Below are positions 45,886 to 52,320 of a stretch of 64,000 nucleotides of DNA, piece by piece. Under the pieces are notes generated by a model. That model did no database searches, was not told the origin of the DNA, and saw nothing but the letters and a program-made list of their open reading frames with translations. Within the stretch, counting starts at the first letter, position 1; every line of letters starts with the position of its first letter. The translations under genes and the position numbers were made by a program. Origin of the DNA: a virus; IMG/VR virus record IMGVR_UViG_3300027126_000006, one strand, 5' to 3'.

Positions 45886-46191
45886 TCATGAAGTTCTATT
45901 ACCGCTGTTATAACCAATGATGCATGAAGCAACAGCGTCTTTTGTTGTTTTGATTAGTGTAAATGATTTAGTTTCTTCATTTGACCACAATGAAAGGATG
46001 GTGCCGTTATCTTCAATGATAGTCCACTTCATCTTCTCTTTGTACTTATCAATTTCCTTTAAGACGTCGGAAGTAGGACCACAAACAACCTCTAGATCAT
46101 ACTTAAAGAAATTTTTAAGACTATCGTTAGGTCGTGCACTAGCAATAGTTGGGAGTACTACAAGTGCAGCTAAGATGTATTTTAACATCAT
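45886..46191 (-). CDS. secreted hypothetical protein
   Basis: signal peptide; VVCG...SCIIG. Confidence 0.65.
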   Translation of the reverse strand: MMLKYILAALVVLPTIASARPNDSLKNFFKYDLEVVCGPTSDVLKEIDKYKEKMKWTIIEDNGTILSLWSNEETKSFTLIKTTKDAVASCIIGYNSGNRTS

Positions 46192-46206
46192 GTGATCCTT
46201 GATGTG

Positions 46207-46260
46207 ATGCTTCAGTAAAAGTTATATATGGGTGCAGAGATATAACTTTTACTGAAGCAT
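46207..46260. repeat. perfect 21-bp inverted repeat in the 3' trailer of the unusual tRNA-Ile
   Basis: atgcttcagtaaaagttatat-N12-atataacttttactgaagcat. Confidence 0.9.
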
Positions 46261-46264
46261 GGGG

Positions 46265-46357
46265 TGGTGCCCCTGGTTGGAATCGAACCAACGACCTGCC
46301 GCTTATCTGGCGCTGACGGGGTATAAATCCGCTGCTCTACCGCTGAGCTACAGGGGC
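46265..46357 (-). tRNA. atypical tRNA-Ile(UAU) with a 23-nt extra arm carrying a second GAU anticodon-like loop
   Basis: GCCCCTG/CAGGGGC-ACCA, normal D and T arms, anticodon loop TTTATAC, extra CGC-CAGATAA-GCG-GC-AGGTC. Confidence 0.85.
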
Positions 46358-46397
46358 ATGAAGAGGAGATTTCTCTCCTCTTTTCTAACCCTAGAGC

Positions 46398-46661
46398 TTA
46401 GCCAAAGACCTTCTGCATGAAGCGGCCTGCCGTTACAACACTACGAGTTGGTGTACCAAAGCGATAGAACACCTTGACACGACCCTTTGTATCCTTACGC
46501 TTGTTGGCGTAGATTGAATAGCCCTCATCGCGAATTTCACTGATTCGTGCAGCAACAGTAGCCCGGGTAGTTTTGTACTGAGCAGCAAGTTGAGCTGCAG
46601 TCTTCTGCTTACCCTCGATAACTAGTTGCACAAAAATCTTATCTTTCATTGACAGTTCCAT
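46398..46661 (-). CDS. HTH DNA-binding protein
   Basis: TAAQLAAQY..TRATVAARISEIRDEGYSIY. Confidence 0.75.
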   Translation of the reverse strand: MELSMKDKIFVQLVIEGKQKTAAQLAAQYKTTRATVAARISEIRDEGYSIYANKRKDTKGRVKVFYRFGTPTRSVVTAGRFMQKVFG

Positions 46662-46754
46662 ACTATTCTCCTTGAGATTATAAAAAGTACTCTTTCAAGT
46701 ACATGACCATTATAACACAGAACACAACTTCATTCAAATTTATTTTGTGTTCTT

Positions 46755-47060
46755 CTATGTGTGCACGATCTCTTTGATGTTGGTGAACGAGATTGCGTGC
46801 TCACATATCCTACACGGTTTTGCCAAAAGAGGCTGGCCGCTTTTACCATAACGCATGATAACAATCTTATGCGCTTTATTCAGATCCCTGCATCTTGCGA
46901 TCGCGTGGATCTCTGCATGAACAAACACTTTATAGTCTTCTCCGACATCCTTAGCATACTTAGCCTGTAATGGGTGGGTCTTCACGTATGAATTCCTACC
47001 CATGCTCAACAAGTTGCCACGCTTGTCGTAAATCAAAGCTGTAATATCATGTTTACTCAT
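46755..47060 (-). CDS. zinc-dependent cytidine/nucleoside deaminase-like protein
   Basis: HAEIHAI and AKPCRIC motifs. Confidence 0.8.
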   Translation of the reverse strand: MSKHDITALIYDKRGNLLSMGRNSYVKTHPLQAKYAKDVGEDYKVFVHAEIHAIARCRDLNKAHKIVIMRYGKSGQPLLAKPCRICEHAISFTNIKEIVHT

Positions 47061-47068
47061 ATCCGTAC

Positions 47069-47097
47069 ATAATACAGTGTACAGGATTAAATGTCAA
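47069..47097 (-). promoter_or_regulatory. early promoter TTGACA-N17-TATTAT
   Basis: ggattaaatgtcaa variant just upstream of the deaminase. Confidence 0.65.
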
Positions 47098-47224
47098 GTT
47101 TATTTTCGTTTAACTGCTCGACTAGGTCTTCAACATCAAGGTCCTCAACGATGTCGTAATACTCATCCTTAGCGATTACTTCTTTCATCCACTCGAGTAC
47201 TTCCGGGTCTACTTTGGTCTGCAT
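47087..47224 (-). CDS. small acidic protein (45 aa)
   Basis: read manually; SD AAGGA. Confidence 0.55.
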   Translation of the reverse strand: MQTKVDPEVLEWMKEVIAKDEYYDIVEDLDVEDLVEQLNENKLDI

Positions 47225-47236
47225 GTTGTGTTCCTT

Positions 47237-47944
47237 TTACTTCTTTAGTTGACTATCAATCCACTTTTGGGCTTCGGGTGTGTGATCTTTCGATGATACA
47301 ACCTTGCCGAAATGCTTGTGAATCTTATCCAAGCGGTCGAGATGTTTCTTTCTCTCTTCAGGTGTTGCCTTTTGCATGTCGATTGAGTTGTCCACACTGT
47401 GGAAGTGGCTCCCGAACATATCCTTATAATGATCCTTTGATTTGTGAACATTTGTCCACTTTTCTTGTCTGACCTCTTCTGGCACCTCGCGGCCGCCTAA
47501 CTGGCCACGCATTACGTTTCGTTTTTTTGATGTCTCATTATCGGTGTGAACGAAGACCATGTGAGTCTGGTATCCCATCGACTCGAGGTGGTCTTTCATT
47601 GCTTTGATCTTGTGATGGTCGTCGCCGGTACCGTTAATGATTATACCATTCCTACCATGCTCCGAAAGCTTCTTTTTGAGCTCCGCAGTATGCTTTGCTT
47701 TAACGCGAATTACATCTCTCTTAGATTGTTCATGCTCTGGCATCTTAGGATCTAGGCCGTGCTTCTTCATTAGATGTTCAAGAGGAACATCAGAGTTGAT
47801 TTCCCGTAGACCATGTCCTGCTAATGTCTTATGCATTACATAATCTTTGCCTGAACCAGGTGATCCGGCCATGAATACGGCTCGGAAGATCCCTTTGTCG
47901 TGAACTCCCTCTTGAATAACTAAGTACTGTTTAAAGTTTAACAT
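47237..47944 (-). CDS. zeta-toxin-like P-loop kinase (true start MLNFKQYL; ORF track extension through tRNAs is spurious)
   Basis: AVFMAGSPGSGKDYV, IIINGTG, MVFVHTD.ETSKKRN..R and REVPE. Confidence 0.8.
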   Translation of the reverse strand: MLNFKQYLVIQEGVHDKGIFRAVFMAGSPGSGKDYVMHKTLAGHGLREINSDVPLEHLMKKHGLDPKMPEHEQSKRDVIRVKAKHTAELKKKLSEHGRNGIIINGTGDDHHKIKAMKDHLESMGYQTHMVFVHTDNETSKKRNVMRGQLGGREVPEEVRQEKWTNVHKSKDHYKDMFGSHFHSVDNSIDMQKATPEERKKHLDRLDKIHKHFGKVVSSKDHTPEAQKWIDSQLKK

Positions 47945-47982
47945 GGTTGTATCCCATACAGACAATGTAATGAGACTATTTA

Positions 47983-48058
47983 TGGCTCCCCGACGTGGAC
48001 TTGAACCACGGACCCAAGCATTAACAGTGCTTTGCTCTACCGACTGAGCTATCGAGGA
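47983..48058 (-). tRNA. tRNA-Asn(GUU)
   Basis: TCCTCGA/TCGGGGA-GCCA, loop CTGTTAA. Confidence 0.95.
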
Positions 48059-48064
48059 ATTGTA

Positions 48065-48139
48065 TGGTGGACCGGCGGAGGATCGAACTCCGACTAAAGG
48101 CTTGCAAAGCCCCTGTGCTCCCATTATCACTACCAGCCC
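48065..48139 (-). tRNA. tRNA-Ala(UGC)
   Basis: GGGCTGG/CCGGTCC with G3:U70, A73, loop TTTGCAA. Confidence 0.9.
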
Positions 48140-48230
48140 ATATTGAAACACACTGGTACTTCCCTTCTCAGGGGCAGGAAGTTTATGGCTGTTGCCCCAC
48201 TCCAATACCAACCAATGTGTTTTAAAATGG
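48138..48230 (-). ncRNA. stem-clamped structured RNA cassette D (between tRNA-Gly and tRNA-Ala)
   Basis: CCATTTTAAAACACATT...AGTGTGTTTCAATATGG enclosing an H-type pseudoknot (GGGGCA/TGCCCC, ACTTCC/GGAAGT). Confidence 0.7.
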
Positions 48231-48301
48231 AGCGGGATAGGAGAATCGAACTCCTTTAGCCAGCTTGGAAGGCTGGAACTCAACCAATGAGCCAATCCCG
48301 C
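48228..48301 (-). tRNA. tRNA-Gly(UCC)
   Basis: GCGGGAT/ATCCCGC-TCCA, loop CTTCCAA. Confidence 0.95.
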
Positions 48302-48498
48302 AAGGTGCTTCCTCTCTGCGGCGGTAATTATAGTGCATCGAACCTTTGGGATTCAAGAGATACACCCTCCACCCGCTTCCCGACCAGAAAGGATTATCGC
48401 ATTGCCAGCGCTAGTTCGGTTAGACTAGAACCACCCGTGCCTATCACAGCACTTCTCATCTTGCGGGTCACAATAGCAGTTGATTAGACTGCACGTTC
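48302..48498 (-). ncRNA. putative structured ncRNA between tRNA-Tyr and tRNA-Gly
   Basis: GC-rich, no credible ORF; helices GTGCT/GGCAC, CTAGT/ACTAG, GTGTATC/GATGCAC, GCGG/CCGC. Confidence 0.55.
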
Positions 48499-48586
48499 TG
48501 GTGGGTGTGGATGGATTTGAACCACCAGCGTTTCTTATGTCACGGATTTACAGTCCGCTGCCTTCAACCGTTCGGCACACACACCC
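48499..48586 (-). tRNA. tRNA-Tyr(GUA)
   Basis: GGGTGTG/CACACCC-ACCA, loop CTGTAAA, long variable arm. Confidence 0.92.
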
Positions 48587-48596
48587 TAAAACTTAA

Positions 48597-48731
48597 TTAT
48601 ACAAGTTCGTAGTCCTCTTTGCCTACACCACATTCCGGACAACTAAAGTAGTCGGGGAGTTCCTCCCACTTACCTTCAGTTTCCTCATCATGTACATGAC
48701 CACAAACAATACAAACATGATCTTGTTTCAT
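48597..48731 (-). CDS. rubredoxin (44 aa; not in ORF track)
   Basis: MKQDHVCIVCGHVHDE...WEELPDYFSCPECGVGKEDY. Confidence 0.9.
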   Translation of the reverse strand: MKQDHVCIVCGHVHDEETEGKWEELPDYFSCPECGVGKEDYELV

Positions 48732-49177
48732 AGACCCTCCAACACTTGCTTATATGCATTTGCATGACGCTCTTCAACTTTCTTCAAAGCATTGAAACGC
48801 TTCTCAGCTTTATTCAAGACATCCATAAACTGCGCTGCGTGTTCCTTGCTTTCTTGAATCTGTTCTTTTGCAATTTGTGCTGCATGATGAATACCTTCAG
48901 TTTGAGCGATTGCTAGGAACTGAGGATACATTTCAGTATACTCGTATGTTTCACCTGCAATTGCCTTTTCCAAGCATTCCTTTGTTGAAGGTTTGCCAAT
49001 CAGCAATTCTAGGTGACCCCATGCATGCTTGATCTCTTGATCAGCAGTGTGCTCAAAATGTTTAGCAACATCTTCGTATCCCTCTTCCCTTGCAATCTGC
49101 GCAAAGTATCGATACTTAATATGTGCCATACTTTCGCCCGCGAGGGCGCTTTCCAAATTCTTAAGTGTAACAGACAT
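48728..49177 (-). CDS. rubrerythrin
   Basis: TLKNLESALAGESMA..KY.YFA..AR.EG, E..HA, GETYEYTEMYP and VEERHA. Confidence 0.92.
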   Translation of the reverse strand: MSVTLKNLESALAGESMAHIKYRYFAQIAREEGYEDVAKHFEHTADQEIKHAWGHLELLIGKPSTKECLEKAIAGETYEYTEMYPQFLAIAQTEGIHHAAQIAKEQIQESKEHAAQFMDVLNKAEKRFNALKKVEERHANAYKQVLEGL

Positions 49178-49198
49178 ATCTTTCCTTTTATTAAACAA

Positions 49199-49261
49199 CC
49201 ATATTGAAGCACACTAAGCCACGCTCTGAACCTGGACTCTTAGTAATGTGCTTCAATATGG
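49199..49261 (-). ncRNA. stem-clamped RNA cassette C
   Basis: CCATATTGAAGCACATT-N29-AGTGTGCTTCAATATGG. Confidence 0.72.
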
Positions 49262-49430
49262 TTATCCACTCCCTACTGTGGACTCCCATAGTCTTTCTGC
49301 TCCCGGACGACGATCCGATCCCGCCTTTGAGTGACCAGTCTACTGCCTCCGAGTTTGACAGTAGAGCATTTAGCGCCGCAGTGTGCTGCTGGGTCCTAGG
49401 GAATTGGACTAACAAGCAGGGCGGGTCAAT
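49262..49430 (-). ncRNA. putative multi-helix ncRNA with kissing loops
   Basis: CCCGCC/GGCGGG, GTCC/GGAC, TCTACTGTC/GGCAGTAGA, TCCAC/GTGGA; loops TCCCTA and TAGGGA are complementary. Confidence 0.6.
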
Positions 49431-49512
49431 TTCTTAAAAATAAGGGGCACCTCACATGGTTGTTTAAGAGTAGGCGCATCCTTTCGGCACTCGCACACTC
49501 CCCCATCTAAAA

Positions 49513-49633
49513 CCATATTGAAACACACTGTACTATCTAGATGGGTCAGTAGCTGTATCGGCCGATTATCTACTATCACCACCCTACGCTCCCTTGGGCC
49601 TTCGGGAATGGCTTACAATGTGCTTCAATATGA
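49513..49633 (-). ncRNA. stem-clamped structured RNA cassette B
   Basis: CATATTGAAGCACATT...AGTGTGTTTCAATATG enclosing TTCCC/GGGAG and GGGT..TAGTAG/CTACTG..ACCC helices. Confidence 0.7.
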
Positions 49634-49662
49634 GAACAAAATGTTGTTCAAATATTGCTAGT

Positions 49663-49690
49663 TTTTAAAGAGCGTTGCTGATCTCTCAGC
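49663..49690 (-). promoter_or_regulatory. rrn-like antitermination leader: boxB-like hairpin plus boxA
   Basis: GCTGA-GAGA-TCAGC then CGCTCTTTAAAA (rrn boxA is TGCTCTTTAACA), just after the promoter. Confidence 0.7.
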
Positions 49691-49699
49691 GTTGAGAAC

Positions 49700-49728
49700 A
49701 TTATACCAGAGGTCTGATTTAATGTCAA
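49700..49728 (-). promoter_or_regulatory. promoter TTGACA-N17-TATAAT for the RNA operon
   Basis: consensus hexamers. Confidence 0.85.
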
Positions 49729-49834
49729 CCATATTGAAGCACACTGACGCGGCTCTACACAGCAAACTAGGGGGCGCTCCTAGTCACCGTCCCTGCAACC
49801 GCTGAAACAGGTGGGACAATGTGCTTCAATATGG
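49729..49834 (-). ncRNA. stem-clamped structured RNA cassette A (3' trailer of tRNA-Thr)
   Basis: CCATATTGAAGCACATT...AGTGTGCTTCAATATGG; interior GTCC/GGAC, ACTAGG/CCTAGT and pseudoknot GCGGTT/AGCCGC. Confidence 0.72.
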
Positions 49835-49907
49835 TGCCCCTGGACGGACTCGAACCGCCAACCTACTGATTACAAATCAGTTGCGCTACCAATTGCGCTA
49901 CAGGGGC
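49832..49907 (-). tRNA. tRNA-Thr(UGU)
   Basis: GCCCCTG/CAGGGGC-ACCA, loop TTTGTAA. Confidence 0.95.
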
Positions 49908-49926
49908 ATTTCTCAACAACAAGATA

Positions 49927-49955
49927 ATTATATATCAGTACAGTTTTATAGTCAA
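49927..49955 (-). promoter_or_regulatory. promoter TTGACT-N17-TATAAT for tRNA-Thr
   Basis: hexamers with 17-nt spacer. Confidence 0.8.
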
Positions 49956-49967
49956 CAGTTGTTTCTG

Positions 49968-50594
49968 TCAATCCCACAGGCAACGATAGTACTTCCCGAA
50001 CAACCTTAGACCATTGTGGATTCGGTCTGCATGCACTCTCATTCCCTTATCATCATACTTAATTGTGTGAACCATATCAGCAATGGGCTTTGAATAGTCA
50101 ACACCAGAGTGATCAAAGAACTGGCTCTCCCAGTCTGTGTTTAGTTGTTCGAATGCCCATATGATTTCGTTGAGAACCCAATCCCAACGGTCATGAATAA
50201 TCTCATACTCATCGTGTTCATCCTCTGTGTAGAAAGGGAACAGGTATTGAGTGAACTCTTCATGGGTTGTAATCTTAAGATGATCAGGAACATCCTCTTG
50301 ATCTACATTGGGAGATCCATGCTTTACATCGCGCAACTTGTACAGCATTGGCAGGATAATGTACGCAAGCGTCGAATCCATTGACCATACATCATAACCA
50401 TCGATCCGCACCTTAATGTTACGTTTTCGAAGTTTGTGGATCTTATTGCACAGTTTATCAAGACCAGGAACTGAGGCTAAGCGATCGCCAAGTTTTTCAA
50501 CTTCAGCGCTATCCGGATCTTTCCAAAACAGGACCTTTTCTGCAATCTGAAAAGGTCCAATATAGTTAATGTATGGGCCAATGTAGACTTTCAT
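49968..50594 (-). CDS. conserved phage hypothetical protein (start MKVYIGPY)
   Basis: DVWSMDSTLAYIILPML, RWDWVLNEIIWAF and NGLRLFGKYYRCLWD. Confidence 0.75.
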   Translation of the reverse strand: MKVYIGPYINYIGPFQIAEKVLFWKDPDSAEVEKLGDRLASVPGLDKLCNKIHKLRKRNIKVRIDGYDVWSMDSTLAYIILPMLYKLRDVKHGSPNVDQEDVPDHLKITTHEEFTQYLFPFYTEDEHDEYEIIHDRWDWVLNEIIWAFEQLNTDWESQFFDHSGVDYSKPIADMVHTIKYDDKGMRVHADRIHNGLRLFGKYYRCLWD

Positions 50595-50699
50595 ATCAAT
50601 CCTTCTTGTCTTTACGATCGCGCACTTTCCACCCAATTACATACGCAACACCAAACGATACACAAAATGCGATCCAAAAGGACAAAATAACTTCAAGAG

Positions 50700-51158
50700 T
50701 CATTTCGTCTTCTCGATTGTAGTTACGAATGTTTCAATCTTCTTCTCGTCGGTCCATGACTTCAGATAATCATTGTCTTGATCGCATAGGGCAATCACTT
50801 CATCCCTACTAACTTCTCGCGAGCTAACAATAGTTTCACCAAGATGCTTTTGAGAGAACTCTTTTCCTTCTTCCATGCAGACAGTATCTTCAGCCCATGT
50901 AGTGGCGCTGCATGGATATTGGCGAGAATTGTGGTCAGCAGGAACTTCAATCACATACCTCATACGATATTGAGACAGAGTTTCAACAAGCACATACTTA
51001 TTCATAGCTTTCTTCCTAATAGTCCAAGTTCCATCTTCATTATCAATCCACTCTAGAGTATCACCAACACTCCACCCACACTCCTCCATCAGCTCATCGC
51101 CTAAAGGAAGGATCAAGTCACCAGTATCTGGATCTGTTTCAAGCGTCACGATCATCAT
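50700..51158 (-). CDS. AbrB/MazE-like N-terminal domain fused to a hypothetical domain
   Basis: GDLILPL.DELM...GW.VGDTLEW. Confidence 0.65.
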   Translation of the reverse strand: MMIVTLETDPDTGDLILPLGDELMEECGWSVGDTLEWIDNEDGTWTIRKKAMNKYVLVETLSQYRMRYVIEVPADHNSRQYPCSATTWAEDTVCMEEGKEFSQKHLGETIVSSREVSRDEVIALCDQDNDYLKSWTDEKKIETFVTTIEKTK

Positions 51159-51333
51159 GGTCCTCCATTGTAAGGGTAGTCATGTAAAATCCACATCCTT
51201 TAAGGAACAGCTCGAGATTCTCAAACACTTCGGGGAGTGTTACACCTCGGAACGTCCTAGTACAAACATCTCCATTGATGTCAGTATACTTTAGCTCAAA
51301 CACATGGCGTTTGTCAACATTATCTTCCATCAT
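51139..51333 (-). CDS. hypothetical protein
   Basis: ELFLKGCGF motif; overlapping gene chain. Confidence 0.6.
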   Translation of the reverse strand: MMEDNVDKRHVFELKYTDINGDVCTRTFRGVTLPEVFENLELFLKGCGFYMTTLTMEDHDDRDA

Positions 51334-51548
51334 TCACTTCTCCATGCCCAATTAACACAGATCCAGTCCATCAAGCAGTCCTCGAAACAGTAGTTAGCAT
51401 CAACATGATCTTGACCAAACTTATCACACATCTTCCCATACCAATATGGGTAATATTCCTTTCGGATTTCTTCCTCAGACATCGTTGTTATCTTATGTCC
51501 AATTGATGGGTCGTCGCCATCATAGTCATTGAAAGAGTAGTATCTCAT
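51330..51548 (-). CDS. hypothetical protein
   Basis: ORF track; overlapping chain. Confidence 0.65.
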   Translation of the reverse strand: MRYYSFNDYDGDDPSIGHKITTMSEEEIRKEYYPYWYGKMCDKFGQDHVDANYCFEDCLMDWICVNWAWRSE

Positions 51549-51720
51549 GTGGTCCTATTGTGGTGGTATCGGTCTGAACAATGACACGATATACTTAAAT
51601 GGGTGCGACAGCAATGCTACCGTCACTAGTGTGAAGAAACTAATGAACAGGAATGTCCATGCTAACATGAACATCTTGACTATCAAATCAATCAACCTAT
51701 TGAGAAGATTGAACATAATT

Positions 51721-51930
51721 TTACTCAAGTCCAAAATGTTCTTTTAGTCGCCTTGGATACTCGCTAGCAGGAATTCTCTGATCAACAAAATCTTGAATCA
51801 ACTGTGAGCATTTAGTAACAAGTGCAATTGACAACTCTCCGGCCACATCATAGTTCGTAGTCTGAAATCTCCACTTCTTACCTGCTGCTTCCCGAGCATT
51901 GAAATAGAACTCTTCAAAAATATTGTTCAT
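51721..51930 (-). CDS. divergent MNERI-family-like small protein
   Basis: ...LVTKC...LKEHFGLE ending. Confidence 0.6.
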   Translation of the reverse strand: MNNIFEEFYFNAREAAGKKWRFQTTNYDVAGELSIALVTKCSQLIQDFVDQRIPASEYPRRLKEHFGLE

Positions 51931-52310
51931 GAAAACTCCCTGGAAGAGAAAGAGTATCCGTCCTCATCATCCCAATCATATTCAGGGTTGAACCAAGAAT
52001 ACTTGTCATTACGACCAGCATCATTATGCACCTGATTCTTGCGGCCAGTTGATGGATTGACATAGTTAGGAGATTTCCAGTTCTCAACAAGATCAACGAA
52101 CGATTCATAATCCATACGTTCTCCATATTCGTTCATAATGATTTGGTCTTTCAGAAACTCTTTCCATCGTTTCCAAGAAGTAAGATGATCGTACTTGTAT
52201 CCCTGGAAAGTAAAAGCCCACCCATAAGAATCTTTACCAATATGATACTCTTCATCATATCGATTGCAGCATTCACAAAAATTCTTAGCAACGTAGTAGT
52301 TTGTACCCAT
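51927..52310 (-). CDS. hypothetical protein
   Basis: MGTNYY..C.CC...HIGK.SYGW.F. Confidence 0.7.
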   Translation of the reverse strand: MGTNYYVAKNFCECCNRYDEEYHIGKDSYGWAFTFQGYKYDHLTSWKRWKEFLKDQIIMNEYGERMDYESFVDLVENWKSPNYVNPSTGRKNQVHNDAGRNDKYSWFNPEYDWDDEDGYSFSSREFS

Positions 52311-52320
52311 GACTATTTCC

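Noticed and set aside
46361-46385. Hairpin as the minus-strand terminator of the HTH gene
   Set aside because: The U-tract is on the plus strand and the tRNA begins 3 nt later on the minus strand, so its role is unclear
48065-48139. tRNA-Cys(GCA) reading
   Set aside because: The correct loop register is TT-TGC-AA, and G3:U70 with A73 indicate Ala
47945-48295. N-terminal 117 aa of the 352-aa ORF in the track
   Set aside because: It runs through tRNA-Gly, tRNA-Ala and tRNA-Asn; the real protein most likely starts at 47944
48138-49834. CRISPR array interpretation of the repeated CCATATTGAAGCACA sequence
   Set aside because: The repeats come as inverted pairs with irregular spacing and structured interiors, not direct repeats with uniform spacers; the only Cas-like gene is the ordinary T4-type Cas4-like exonuclease
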